In this document: positions 1 to 14,707 of the stretch, in pieces
Layout: every line of letters starts with the position of its first letter
How positions within the stretch are numbered: the first letter of the stretch is position 1
Assembly: GCA_964016885.1 (NCBI GenBank)
Contig: CAXHJY010001636.1
Span: 1-63,813 of the forward strand
Direction: 5' to 3'
DNA length: 63,813 nt
From: Eledone cirrhosa
Lineage: Eukaryota
Notes under the pieces: model-generated
Seen by the model: the letters and a program-made list of their open reading frames with translations, nothing else
Databases searched by the model: none
Told to the model about the DNA's origin: nothing
Program-made: the position numbers and the translations under genes

Positions 1-441
1 ATTTCCTATTCTCTATCAGACCAATATATTTACTATTTGCACTATACATTCAAAAACTCAATATAATCGATTTATATAATTTCGAAATTGGTCAGTTATA
101 TTTTTTACAATATTAAATAAGTCGGATGATGAATAGCGATATGAAATTCATGGAATTTCCGTCTTCAAATTTTCATGGAAATTAATCTCCTCTTTTCAAT
201 GTGCATGTTATAAGGCCATTTCTTAGTCTCTAGCTATTTTTCATTAATATCATTAATGCAATATTCGTACGTACATACAGAGATATATGTATGAACACAG
301 AGGCCAGCACATACTCACAGACATACATGCGCACACATTTAGATACATATATGTATATATATATATATGAATAAATATAGAAACACACATATATGTAATA
401 TTTATACATCCATACATAAAGGAAACATGAAAATGTTACAT

Positions 442-826
<385 letters not shown>

Positions 827-949
827 ATATAAGTGTGGAAGTGAAGTTATCTTACTCTAAGTGGTACTATGATGCAATTTTGAATTATTGGCAATTCTTT
901 CTTACTGTTCTGTGGTTGTTGTCACAAATAACTGATATTGATGTTTAAA

Positions 950-992
950 ATAATAATAATAATAGTAGTAGTAGTAATAGTAGTAGTAGTAT

Positions 993-1025
<33 letters not shown>

Positions 1026-1156
1026 CAGTAGTAGTAGTAGTTATAGCAGTAGTAGTAGTAGTAATAATAATAGTATTATTATTATTATTATTATTGTTAT
1101 TATTATTATTAGTAGTAGTAGTAGTAGTAGTAGTAGTCGTAGTAGCAGTAGTAATA

Positions 1157-1192
<36 letters not shown>

Positions 1193-1300
1193 GTAGCAAT
1201 GCTGGTGAGGCTGTTGCTGCTGCTTCTGATGATGATGATTATAGTTAGGATGGCTACAACAACAATAACAATAATATATAGTAATAGTAATATATAAGTA
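950..1300. repeat. Compound trinucleotide microsatellite (AAT)n/(AGT)n/(ATT)n
   Basis: Visible tagtagtag and tattattat runs. Confidence 0.95.
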
Positions 1301-1466
1301 ATAAACAAATATATGATATTAATTAAAATGAAGAAAAATGAGCAAATGGCGGATAAAGGGAGGGAATAGGGTATGGTAAGATTGCATGTAATATAAAAAT
1401 GAAGATACAAAGGAACTAGCAGATACCAAACAGGAATTTGATTAAAATAGTAATAAGAATATATAT

Positions 1467-1560
<94 letters not shown>

Positions 1561-1617
1561 GTATTTTGTTTATATTCGTCTATCACAGTGTGATGGTGGT
1601 GGTTAATGTGTGAGTTC

Positions 1618-1696
<79 letters not shown>

Positions 1697-2081
1697 ACTA
1701 CTACTACCACTACCACTACTACTACTTGCTTTGGTTGAAATATATATGTACGTAATGGGTTGGTAGTGTGGATAATAATATTTGTATAGTTATAATTCAA
1801 ATCTTGAAATGCCTTTTATTAAAAACTATATATCGTATTGAATTCATTTTTATCATTATCATCATCATCCTCATCATCATCAGTACTATTATTATTATCA
1901 TTGTTATTATTGATATTATTATCATTATAACTCTTTCACTGTTAAATATTAAGTTTCATCATGCGTGTATATCTGAGTGTATGTTTTAAGTGTGTGTATG
2001 TGTGTGTGTGTGTGTGTGTATGTGTGTGTGTGTGTGTGTATGTGTGAGTGAGTGTGTGTGTGTGTGTTTGTGTGTGTGAGT

Positions 2082-2257
<176 letters not shown>

Positions 2258-2509
2258 TTGAGTGGGTGTTCATCGCCGGAGATTGATATCCACATTCGTT
2301 TTTGTTATTGTTAGTGACAGTTATTGATTGCCACGTTAACGAGTATGAAATGATAGTGAAAACATATATATACCACGAGATAATAAGCAAAAGAAAGGAA
2401 CCTGCTGTCGTGCAAGTTAAAATCATTAAGTAGTTTGCGGAAGTGCAATGTCAAAAGCATTTCGAAGGCCCGTGGTATCTGCATATACTCCGATGTTGAT
2501 GGAGACTAG

Positions 2510-2665
2510 AAAACAACCCCTGAGTTGCTCACGTGTTAGGAATCAAAAGCAGAGACATCCATATTCCTCCTGTCAGCACAAGACGAATTCTTGTTGAGTA
2601 GATATTACCAAGAACATGTCTTTAAAAAGAATGCAGACCCAAAATGCAGACAATCTTCTCTCACG
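2510..2665 (+). mobile_element. Decayed R4/Dong-type (RLE) non-LTR retrotransposon fragment, region just before the zinc knuckle
   Basis: Frame-broken translation resembles 'AQDE.L.SRYYQ.HV.K...DPKCR', typical of R4/Dong ORFs. The expected downstream part appears at about 4450. Confidence 0.5.
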
Positions 2666-2689
2666 CTACACTATACTGACAACAAATGA

Positions 2690-3175
2690 TTATATTTATT
2701 TAATCAATTTAAAAGTGCGTACAGAGCTATTAATCTACGACAGATTAGGGGAAGTGTCTAGTACTTCTTACAGTTCGGAAACAAAACTCAAGTAAGAGGA
2801 CAGAGATAAGTGAATATAAAATAGAAATAAAACCAAAAAATAGGGAAGGCCAACAGAAGACAAAATAAGCATTAAAAAATATTCTTTTCAATGGAAATCA
2901 AGGGAAGCTGTAAAGCATTTAGAAGGTTCTGTTGTTGAATATTTTAATAACCTGCATGTGTTCAACCATTCTCTTTATAGTTGGTGGATCTTTTACAATA
3001 TATTGTATCACAAATCTTGGTACATTTTTAATGATAAGCTTCAAGCTGTCCTCTCTCTCGGGTACTTTTTATATTGGAAAAAAAATAGTGCTAAAGAGTT
3101 TCTAAGGAGACACCACAAGAATATAGAGGTGATTCTCTACTACCTATTTGTAATGAAATGTAATTCAGTAGGATA
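2690..3175 (-). mobile_element. Decayed CR1/L2-type LINE 3' end
   Basis: The minus strand reads like 'VPRFVIQYIVKDPPTIK..' (the VQRRATKYIL...YKERL region) and ends in an AATAAA-type tail near 2693. Confidence 0.35.
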
Positions 3176-4074
3176 AAGCTGTCAAATATATATCAATCCA
3201 TATGTCAATCAATATGTCAAATATACATCAATCTAAGTGTCTATACACATACACATATACAAGTACACACATGCAATACTACTTGAATGCACTATTTTAG
3301 TATTTGTTCGAGCGATGTGTTAAAAGCAGCAGTCAGATCTCCATTAAAACACATGTAAGTTGTAAAAAATGTTTCTCAGTAAGTTCAGTAGAGTTAATAT
3401 CATTCAACTGTCAATCTGAAATAGGTTACAAATAGAGAGAAGCACTTTAAGATATGATACATCTGAGACAATTACAAACGTTAGATTCCTAGGGTCCGAC
3501 ATAATACGGTTTGCAATTGTATAAACATGCATTACGTACATACGTATTGTATGTTGCTTGTAATCTCAGAGAAAGTTATTATTGAGTAGTTCCAAGATCA
3601 AATATAATTCATTTATATTTTGAGAGCAGCGACTATTGCAAATTTTACATTGTCTTTATAGTGTTACGTATCTATAGATATTCGGCCAAACATCCGTCAG
3701 TATGCATGTAGTTGTATGTCTAGATTCAGACAATAGGTTAATAACTTTCTTTATTGATTAATCATATAACTTCTAACAGTGAGTTCGTGGCGGAATGTCT
3801 TTGCTATGTAGCCATAAGTGGGTATCCCTGTCACTGAAAGGTATTAGGAGTGTGTGCACACAGCGATTTTAAAGCAACAAAATAAAATCTAATGGTGAAA
3901 ATGAAAAACAAAATTTTCTATTAAAGTAGATAAACAACATTGTGTATGAGGACGTTAGAAAAAAGATATCTAATCAAATAAGCTTTTTACTGTGTTGCTT
4001 TAGCTTTGTAAGGTTCATTCATGTAAATATTTCAATTATTTGATTTCTTTTTTAGTAAGTAGTCACAATGATTG

Positions 4075-4290
4075 CATGTACCGGTCGCTCTCCGACATGT
4101 TCGCGGTCGTGCCTTTGGCAGTGGAGACATCTGGTGTCCTTGGCTCTAGGGCTACCTCCCTACTCACCATCATAGGCGCTGAGCTGGCCAGCCGCAGGTG
4201 TGAGCCTTGCCAGTTGGATTGGTTCTTCCAGCGCATTTCCCTTATCATCATCCGGGGAAACACCTTCTCCATCCTGTCCGCCGGGGCTGT
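4075..4290 (+). mobile_element. CRE-clade non-LTR retrotransposon, C-terminal restriction-like endonuclease fragment
   Basis: ORF 4040-4453 contains 'VPLAVETSGVLG...WFFQRISLIIIRGN', matching the CRE RLE motif 'P.A.ET.G.WG...LFQRLS.A.QRGN'. Confidence 0.7.
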
Positions 4291-4449
4291 GGGGGAGGCC
4301 AGCACGTGGGACCCCATTTGCTCACCATACGGAGAGATGAGGAAGGCAAGAGAGATAGAGGCGATGACAGTGGGAGTTCGGCTCTTCCACGTTCGGACCA
4401 TTTCCTTGTGGTTGTGTTCATCAAGCCATAGTGCAGTAATGAAATATAT

Positions 4450-5180
4450 GTAAAAATAATTAACCACATCAACAAGACTATGATTGCATGTGTCACTGCT
4501 GACTTAACTGGAGCCCCCACCCCACAAAAAAACAAAAAAAAAGATAGAATAGACATGGCAGAGTAGGTCTATGCTTGTACCGGAAGTTATGAAACCACTG
4601 CAAAATAAAAACAACAATCAACTGGTATGGACACCACCCTGAGCCTGTATTAGAAGCCGATAATATAAAAATATTTTGCCATTCTCCAGTCAGCACAGAC
4701 CGGGCAATTCAAGGAAACAAAAAAGAAACCACCATCAAGGACAGAAACATAATACTTGGTAACTAATTGATATGTTTAATTCCATCAGATAAAAATATAT
4801 CAGTAAAAAAAGAAGTCGAAAAACCATGCTAATACTTAGCAATAGAGATTTAAAAGATATGGTCCTTTAACACGAAAATATGGCTACACATCATAGACTT
4901 CTTACCTATGACAAGAAAAAATGTAAGGATCATCTTAGCAATACACCAGACTGACCACCTCTTCAGGGAATTAAAGAATATAGTATTCGAAAACGCACGA
5001 ATGTGATCAACATTACCTAACAAGATCAAGATAGTTCTAATTTTCCATAGAAACTATGGAATCAATATCATTAAAACTGGGAGGGCTTCCTGAGAAAATA
5101 CGCCTCAAAACCCAAATAATTCTCTTACAAAAGACCTCTCTGTTGAGCACTGCGCATATACTCAGAAACGTAGTCTGTAT
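4450..5180 (+). mobile_element. Decayed R4/Dong-type RLE C-terminus (possibly two adjacent fragments)
   Basis: Remnants 'WYGHHPEPVLEADNIKI', 'STDRAIQGN', 'IPSDKNISVK' and 'LLQKTSLLSTAHILRNV' match R4/Dong C-termini. Confidence 0.65.
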
Positions 5181-5209
5181 AGAGTCCTTGACAGACAATA
5201 GAAGATGGA

Positions 5210-5562
5210 GTAATAATTGTTTCTATTTTAGGCACAAGGCCAGCAATTACCCAGTGCATTACTGGTAAGAAGATGGAGTAATAATAATTGCTGTGTATAT
5301 TATCAATGATAATAATAATTGTTTCTACTTCTGGCACAAGGCCAGCAATTACCGCAGTGCATTACTGGTGCTTTATTTTATCGACCTCGTAAGGATGAAA
5401 GGCGAAGTTAACCTTGGCGGGATTTGAACTCAAATCATAAAAGGCTGTAACTCCATGCTGCAAAGCATGGCGTCCGACCCTCTACCGATACTGCCAAAAT
5501 AATAATAATTGTTTCTACTTTTGGCACAATGCCAGCAATTACTCCAGTGAATTACTGGTACA
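5210..5562 (-). mobile_element. tRNA-derived SINE cluster (one near-full copy at 5309-5496 plus two 3' fragments)
   Basis: Reverse complement of the family at 20248-20643; the 'aataattgtttctac...ggcacaaggccagcaattac' 3' end occurs three times. Confidence 0.85.
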
Positions 5563-5667
5563 AATAATAATAATGTATGTGTGTTTATATATAGAGAGAT
5601 AGATAGATATATAGATAGATAGATACAGAGATATGCGAAAAGTAAACGGAAAACACACAAAGCAAAC

Positions 5668-5727
5668 ATCATCATTATCATCACCATCGTTTAACGTCTA
5701 TCTTCCACGCTAGCATGGGTTAGACCA
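5668..5727 (-). mobile_element. 3' end of a common octopus retroposon with a (GAT)n tail
   Basis: 'catcatcatcgtttaacgtc...ttccacgctagcatgggtt' recognised from memory as an abundant octopus repeat end. Confidence 0.45.
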
Positions 5728-5794
5728 ATTAGACCAAACAATAAATTATAATGAAAATATATATTAGTTTAACAATTGAGATAAGAGAAGTGCC

Positions 5795-5827
5795 TTGGCG
5801 TTTTGGACAGAAGTCCTTCATCAGAAG
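5795..5827 (-). ncRNA. Degenerate minimal hammerhead ribozyme of Penelope-like element type
   Basis: Minus strand CTGATGA-A-GGAC-ttct-GTCC-AAAAC-GCC: core box, stem II hairpin and a mutated GAAAC. Confidence 0.55.
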
Positions 5828-6084
5828 ATAGAATGAGAAATAGAAGAAGAAATCGAAAGAAACGGTATATATATATTTCTTTTAGAATGGTATGGGGAAG
5901 TGTCGGTCAGAGGATATCTTAGATATTAGAGAGATTTCCAAAAGTGAGATAATCTTTCTATATTTTGAGTGAAAATCGTGTGTATGTTTGTGTGTATGTG
6001 TGTGTGTATGTGAGTGTATGTGTGTGCGTGCGTATGTGTGTGTGTGTGTGTGTGTATGTGTGTGTGTGTTGATTTATTTCTATG

Positions 6085-6525
6085 TACTAAGCTGTGAGTG
6101 GCAATGCGTTAGAGCATGACAAAGCTGGCTGCTCTCAGAAGTGGGGATTTGGGTGTCAAGATAAGTGGTACAGCCGTGCGTCTGAGAAAGTAATTAAATC
6201 AGAAGATTGTAAAATCTTATGGCATTTCGCAGTAGAGACGAAGTATTAGAACTCAATAAGCCAGACATAAATTTGGTGGACAAAAAAAATGTGGATATAG
6301 AATTGATCCCTCATACTCATCTGACATAAGAAGTAAAGAAAAAGAAGAGAAAACGGGAGAAACATTACAAACCATTAAACTGATAGGTGCCTTGGGAACA
6401 GTAACCCTTAAATTTGATCATTGGATAAAAGAAATAGAATCTGAGAGCCCGATAGCATTACTCCAGAAAGCTTGCCTTTGTGGGAACAGCCCGAACCACC
6501 AGGGAAGTTATGGGCAGTTGATGGG
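6085..6525 (+). mobile_element. Decayed R4/Dong-type RLE C-terminus
   Basis: 'KWYSRASEKVIKSEDCKILWHF', 'NKPDINLVDKK' and 'IGALGTVT...LLQKACL.GTAR' motifs. Confidence 0.7.
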
Positions 6526-7568
6526 GGATTCATTTATTGATACTTAAGGTTACTGGTTGTCGTCTGCTATTACGTAATATCCGGATTTTCAACTCCAATA
6601 ATAATAATCGGATATAAAATGATGGCATGGCTGTGCCTGTAAAAATTTCCTAGTACAGGCAACACACATTAATAGAAATGCTGAAGAAAGAACGCGTGGA
6701 AGTAATAACTAACTTAGTCAGAAACAAATCTATTAAACTTGTAATACATATAAATGTATTATTCTTATCAGTGAAAGTTTCTGACCGTAACGTTAGATTT
6801 ACCTTTTTTCTTATTTAAACCATTTCTATGACTCTTTCTAAGTAGAACGATCACTAGTTTATTTCGTCTGAATTGTTTTTCTCATGTTACTGTTTGGGAA
6901 CATTCCTGTGTCTATTATTGTAAGTGACATGCTAACGTGTTTTATAAAAGTGATTGCGTATCAATCTAATTATACACATCAAAATGGACGTATTTCGTAA
7001 CTGTAATGTTGTCTTTAATTCAATTTCCAACTTAATGTAATTCCTTTCCTTTTCAGATCTCCGTCTGCTGACAACATTATAGTCATTCACCATTACAATG
7101 TCAATTATTAACACACTATTGTCATTTTCGTCATGAAAAAATAATATTGGGCTTATGTATTTTAGAGTTTGAAAATAATTTCACATTGTCATGTCGCAAG
7201 ACAGTTCTAACGAAGGCCTTTACTCTAGTGATATCGAATTATAAGAATATATAAATCTAATTTATTATACTATTCTCTTTGTAAATATACTTACGGTGAA
7301 AATAATTCTGAACTTCATGATTCAATGTTCTATAAATTATATCATATACTCAACATTTGTTACCTCTATATTAGGAAATTCCGAGGATTGTGATTTCAAG
7401 TTTCTTTATGACTATTGTTATTGGTTCTGCTGTCTTATTCCTCACTTCATTGTGCTCTCAACACATGATGGCGCCGGTGCGGGGGTCGTTGTGACATACG
7501 GCGTGTGTTGCTCATTTTAAACCAAGAGAATCCAATCCCTCTCCAGGTCTGAACACAGCCGACTCCTT

Positions 7569-7659
<91 letters not shown>

Positions 7660-8737
7660 GAGAGAGAGAGAGAGAGAGAGATCTAGAATGGACGTTGGAA
7701 GAGGAACATCAATTGATAGAGACTAAAGTCCAGTTATCCGTACAGACAGCTGAGGATTTTAATAAGATTTCAAGACTTTGAAGTTTATTATTGTTTAGCC
7801 GCAAGTCGACATAGGTCTAACAGATCTATGGTAAAAGGCATTCAAGCCATGACTGCGATGGCTATTTTCATATCGAGTCAACTTTGGTAAACAATATCTA
7901 ATGTGTCCTATGTATAATGACGGCCGAGTTTAATTTAATCCACAATTGGTTACTATATTTGGCAGGATAAGCAACCAGGCTCTATCGTTGACTCAGGTCT
8001 CCAATATTACTTTGTTTCGCGCGTACAGAGAAGTAACGTAGTGGTTGGGAGTGTCGATTCTATGCAAGAACAGATTTCACTTTGATAGTAGAGCGGGGTT
8101 AAATATATGGGATGAGAGATTTGTTTCTCTGATAGGAAGAACATGTTAAATCAGAGATGAATGAAATTTGACGTTTATAGGTTAGAGACAGGTGATGAAT
8201 AAAGTTTGAACAGAAGCCTACGGATAACTGCGTAAATGAATCAGGAATTTTGCAAGTGTCTGCGTATCAGCTACCGTGTAGGATGTAGAGATATTAATAT
8301 ATCTACGTTTGTCTGTATAAGCTTGGATAGGTATATGTGATTGTGTGTTGCTATCTATTTGCATAGACGTTACTATGTACAGACCTTAACATCTACGAGT
8401 TGAATACTATGCTTAATTTTCTTTTTAATATATAAGTGGTCATTTTGGTATGTTATATTTATACAATTTCTGTATTGACCTGTCCGGTTCATATCGAATC
8501 ATTATTTTCCAATAGATTAAACATACACATTTAACTGCGTTTGAAGCAATTTCGTCGTTTACCATACTGCAGGGCACAGAAGTAATATGTTATATTAAAT
8601 ATAAGTTATCTGTTTTTCTACCTATCATACTATCTACATATTTGTAAGAAACCTTTTACAACTTAACGAGTGTGGATGTATTCTAAACATTTTCTCTAAC
8701 CATCAACTCGCTGTGAACTTAGCTTTCAAACAAACAT

Positions 8738-8861
<124 letters not shown>

Positions 8862-8881
8862 CACACACACACACACACCCA

Positions 8882-9003
<122 letters not shown>

Positions 9004-9223
9004 CAGATTAAAACCGCACACTGAATCAGATGTACATACACGGAGCACTAAACATATGACTGGACACCTGGCATCCTGCTGCATCCATTAATAATTTGTA
9101 ACAAAACATAGTGGACCCGATATAAAGACTAGGCCTAATTATTAGATGTTCCAGTTCTACACATATACATACAGTGTACCACAAACAGCACACAAATGTA
9201 CACAGGCACACATGTAAACACAC

Positions 9224-9377
<154 letters not shown>

Positions 9378-10171
9378 CTTTCCTTTTCTAAATTATGTTT
9401 AACGTAAGAGTTTTATGTCTTAGAATGTTTAACGTATTGACTGTCTGCAACGATTTTGTATTTGACTATATTGCTTTCTGAGTTAGTAGAGGCATTATAT
9501 AATGTTTAAAGGTGTGGTTAATGATGTACTTTATATTGAATAAACTATGGGAGATAACTCTGGTTCATTTTTTATTCATTTCATGGTTGTTATGCTTATT
9601 AGTAGATTAATGTCTGTTCTAATCTGTGATGGATGTAAACAAAGTACCTTTTCCGTGCAAATCTTTTGGCGAATGTATGGTTTCTTGACACGTTTTCGAC
9701 TATTTCCGCATGGCGGCGTACTCATATCTTCTGATTGTTGCACCATGGTGGAGACAGTTATAATAATTTATTTTAATTCGAATGATGTTTGTGCATTTTA
9801 GTTTTTAATTATAATTTAGTAAGTCTATTATTAAGTTATTTGGTTTGGATTGTGAACTTAGTCCATTTCAGTAGTGTATTCGTATTCTAGCCTTGGTATG
9901 GATATAATTTCAATGCTGGCTCTGGATTTAACATTTCATTCTAAATTATGTTTACTGGAGTCGGGTCTATAACTGCTATGGTTCACATTGAGCCAATCCT
10001 CTGCGTAACGCGCGTAACAGGTCGATACGCAATAAATATTTTTCATTAGTAAACAAAACTTCCTCCTTTTTTTTCTATTATATACACTCTGTCTGTGCAT
10101 AGAGTGCTTGATTTAGTACCACACAGGTATTTCACCATATATATACACACACTCACACACAAACACACACT

Positions 10172-10285
<114 letters not shown>

Positions 10286-10437
10286 CCACGCCACCTACAT
10301 CCACAGCACGTATAAACACAAACACACACGTGCGTATCCCCACATACACACACTTAGTCTCCGGAATCACTACTTTAAAATAATAGCGCAAGGTCTTCAA
10401 AATGCTTTTAATCAAGCATACAGTATATTGCCAAATA

Positions 10438-10537
<100 letters not shown>

Positions 10538-10550
10538 TCATGCATACATC

Positions 10551-10622
10551 GGTATTTCAGAGACGGGTACACTGATGATTTCTCACGAATGAAACAGTTC
10601 TAGTCCTGTAGAAGCTCTTCTA
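10551..10622 (+). repeat. Penelope-type terminal remnant with a hammerhead-like core, same family as 11100-11214
   Basis: CTGATGA-tttctcacgaat-GAAAC-agttctaGTC, flanked by (TA)n. Confidence 0.5.
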
Positions 10623-10646
10623 TATATATATATATATGTATGTATG

Positions 10647-10678
<32 letters not shown>

Positions 10679-10878
10679 TAAAAAGTGAGGTTTTTTTTGA
10701 CAAAATGAAAAACAACCGAGGTGTCCTACACGAGTGAAAGTATAAAGAAAAAGAGATGAAATCGAAAATGCAACTGGAGTCTTATTTTTTTTAAAAATAT
10801 ATATATTTATTTGGTTCCTTTACCGGTTTCGCAGTTCTTCTGCTTTTCAAAAGGTGAGTTGAGATGGAGGGTCTGTGG

Positions 10879-11022
<144 letters not shown>

Positions 11023-11099
11023 CTTATCCCGCGTTAAATCGGGGGTAACCACAGTAAGTAAGCTAAGCTACGCTATACATACTAGAGTATAAATATTTA

Positions 11100-11209
11100 A
11101 TATAGAAATGGCTTCTGTAGGACTAGAACTGTTTCATCCAGGAGAAATCATCAGGATTCCTGATGATTTCTCCTGAATGAAACTGTTCTAGTTCTGTTGA
11201 AGCCATTTC

Positions 11210-11214
<5 letters not shown>
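11100..11214. repeat. Imperfect palindrome (arms about 56 bp) made of two inverted hammerhead-like Penelope ends
   Basis: atagaaatggcttc...aatcatcagg-att-cctgatgatt...gaagccatttctat; each arm carries CTGATGA...GAAAC. Confidence 0.8.
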
Positions 11215-11248
<34 letters not shown>

Positions 11249-12694
11249 CCTTTCAGCCTATATAGAAACATTCCTCTTATATTCGGCTATATGCAGTGGG
11301 GGCGACGGCATGTGAACGAATGAATGAATGTGACATCAAGCTATGTAGTTTTTAAAAAATATGAGCCGAGGGGCACCAATCAGTGAAATCAATTTAAGTG
11401 GCAGGCCATCGGATATGATCGAATGTGCTCTGGCCGGATATTATTTACACTCAGCTCTTCCGTCTTTTTATGATAGAAGTTAGAATGAAGGGAAATTGCA
11501 GGTCTCTCTTCCTGCGCGATAGGTGCGTATATAATGGCTGCCTTTTATATAAAATGCTTCACCTCTTCCTATTGGCCAAATCTACTGCTATCTAAGTTAT
11601 GTTCGTCACTCTATATTTCTCATTTTGTTACTTTCTAGAACACACACACACACACACATATATATAAATATCTATGCTTATATATGTATATATATGCACA
11701 CACACACACACACGCACGCACACATACACACACAGATGTATATATATATATATATATACATGCATACGTATATGTATATATTATGAATATGTATATATTA
11801 TGTATATGTATATATTATGTATATGTATATATTATGTATATGTATATATTATGTGTGTGTGTGTGTGTGTGATATAAATTAAAAGAGCTTAAAACAGAAT
11901 TTAGATTGAAGAATAATAAAATCGCTATTTACTTCCAGTGACGTCTAACGTAGCTAGACATCTATTTCAATTCAGTTTATGGATTACAGCCACACAATAA
12001 GGATATATGATTACTTATACATTTACAAGTCTGTCTAACTGAATTTATATCCAATATTTCCTACCGTGTTGACGTCAAGCTGTCGTATTAGTAAATTGTG
12101 AATTGATTCAATATGACTCATGTAATATCTAATGTTTCACATACGTCTGACTATATATAAAAAAATAATTATTACATTATTTTTGCGGCCGTTTCAGTTT
12201 TTGACACTATTCACTCTGTAGGTGACGTTCCTTCTGTGACGAACCAATGAGACGCGAGTAATCACATGATCTGTATGTTTTGAGTTTTACCAAACTTCAA
12301 TATTCCTTGCCACTGTCGGATTGATTACTCTTAACATCTCCGAATATAAAAGCAGTTCCATTGTTTTCGGCCTGGGATTAACTCTCCGCTATGTAGTCGA
12401 ACAAAAGCCCCGCCCTATCTAGAGTAAATAATGAGGCGGACAAATCAAAGCAAGGGTTGACACGATGAAGCCGGATCTTAAGTTAATATTTGGTGACACC
12501 TTTTGGAATGTTGACTACGGCGTCTAAGACGTCTGTCAATTCTACGTATTTATTGTCTTTGTCCGCCATTCTGTGGATGGAATGGCTGGCGGCGGGTCAG
12601 ACCACTCTGGCCAATACAAGTACAATTAAGAACAAACGGGAAAGAGAAAAAGCGAGAGAAAGAATTGTAGGGATAGAGAGGAGCAAAGAGAGAA

Positions 12695-12777
<83 letters not shown>

Positions 12778-12919
12778 TATAAGGTGAGTGAGAGGAATGA
12801 GTGATAGTGAGAGAGGAGAGGATTCATCGTGGATGGATTCTCGACGTGATAGAAATAACAGTGGAATATATAATAAATGAAACATGTATGGTCTTCAACA
12901 AAGATGGATAAATCAAACC

Positions 12920-13104
12920 TAATAATTGTTTCTACTTTTTGGCACAAGGCCAGCAATTACACAGTTCATTACTGGTACTTTATTTTAGCGACCCCGTAAG
13001 GATGAAAGGAAAAGTTAACCTCGGCAGGATTTGAACTTAGAATGGCAAGGGAGGTAACTCTATGCGTCAAAGCATGGGGTCCGACACTCTCCCGATACTG
13101 CCAA
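12920..13104 (-). mobile_element. tRNA-derived SINE, near full length
   Basis: Reverse complement of the 20248-20643 family. Confidence 0.9.
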
Positions 13105-13115
13105 ATGGAACCAAG

Positions 13116-13530
13116 CCAGATATAATATATAAGCCAGTAAAAACTGGTAATAGAACCCTGCCAGATGTAATATATAAGCCAGTCAAAACTAGTAATAGAA
13201 CTATGCCAGATCTCATATATGGGCGAGTCAAAACTGGTAATAGAACTATGCCAAATGACATATATGGCGGAGTCAAAACTGGTAATAGAACTATGTCAAA
13301 TGTAGAATATCGGCCACGGACACCTTGTAATAGAACTATGCTAGATGCAAAATATCGGCCACTTACAACTGGTAATAGAAATTTGCCAGGTGTAAAATAT
13401 GGGTCAGTAAAACATAATAATAGAACCACACCATATGTAAAATTTGGGCAACTGAACATTGCTAATAGAACTAGAGCAGATGTAAAACGTATCATTCAAA
13501 ACTGGTAATAGAATAGACAAGATATAAAAT
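13116..13530. repeat. 45-bp minisatellite, about 9 diverged units
   Basis: Unit CCAGATGTAATATATAAGCCAGTCAAAACTGGTAATAGAACTATG; translates without stops to 15-aa repeats PDxxYxPVKTGNRTM. Confidence 0.9.
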
Positions 13531-14024
13531 GTGAAATTTAATCCCTCCAAAGCTGGTAACATGCCCAGGACAGATGGTAAATGTGGACTCTACTGCTCAT
13601 TAATTATTTTAGTAATCCTTCATTAATACATATTCTTATATATGGGTTTCGCTTTATACATGTTAAACGCATTGCATAGTGTTTTAATACATGTAATACA
13701 ACAGAATAAAATAATTTGTTGTGATATGGTACGCCTCAAAATCATAGATCTAAGCCAACAAACACGTAAAACAAAACCAATAACATCATTATCAACATCA
13801 ACAATAAAAACAAGATTTGCAGTCAGTGTCCATAAAGTTCAGTAAATATGTATGGTTTGTTCTTAGTTTCAACTACTGTTTTGTGATGTAAGGTTTCATT
13901 GCAATGCAACGATCATCAGATCGCATAACAACGACGATATTTGTTTCGTTGATACGGAGACTAATTAATGCTTCTTTGATACGAAATCTGAAGTAATGGG
14001 ACAGTTGTAAACTGTAACAATTAT

Positions 14025-14674
14025 ATTTGTAACCATGAATGAGACCTGGATCCATCACTTCCAAACTGAAACAAAAGAACTGTCTAAACAGTGGAAGCAC
14101 CTATCCTCAACCACACAGAAGAAATTCAGGGTCACACCATCAACAGGAAAGGTCATAGCTATAATGTTCTGGGATGCACAGGAAGTGTTGCTGTTGGATT
14201 ATCTCCAGAATGGTCACACCATCACCTGATAATACTATGCCAACCTGCTTAAATGTCTGCGTGAGAACATCAAGAAGAGACCAGGATTGCTGACGAAAGG
14301 GGTCTTGTTCCATCATGACAATGCTGTTACCCAACCCTCTGTGATGGTTTGCTAACAATCCGTAATTGTGGCTTCCAACTCGTCTCTCAACCATCATACA
14401 TGACATACCTCGCAACGTCTGATTTCCAGATGTTCCTAAACATGAAAAAATGATATGGCCAGACAACATTATACCACAGATTATGACGTCATAGATGCCG
14501 TGGACACCTTCTAGAAGGACCAAACTAACGAGTTCTACTTCAACGGGTCCAGCACACGGGATCCGGTATGAGAAATGTGTGGACTCAAGGGGAGACTATG
14601 TTGAAAAATAAAACAAGAAAATGTTTGTATACCCTACCGTTACTTGGAAGCTCAAAATATTTTAGTCTCCCCTC

Positions 14675-14677
<3 letters not shown>
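14025..14677 (+). mobile_element. Mariner (Tc1/mariner) DNA transposon, 3' half with a pseudogenised transposase and right TIR
   Basis: 'NETWIHHFQTETKELSKQW...STGKVIAIMFWDAQEVLLLDYLQNGHTIT', 'LFHHDNA' and terminal 'GDYVEK*'; ends in ...CCCCTCG|TA. Confidence 0.9.

Positions 14678-14707
<30 letters not shown>

Noticed and set aside
13116-13530. Regularly spaced repeats superficially like a CRISPR array
   Set aside because: The units are contiguous tandem copies without unique spacers, the context is eukaryotic and there are no cas genes.
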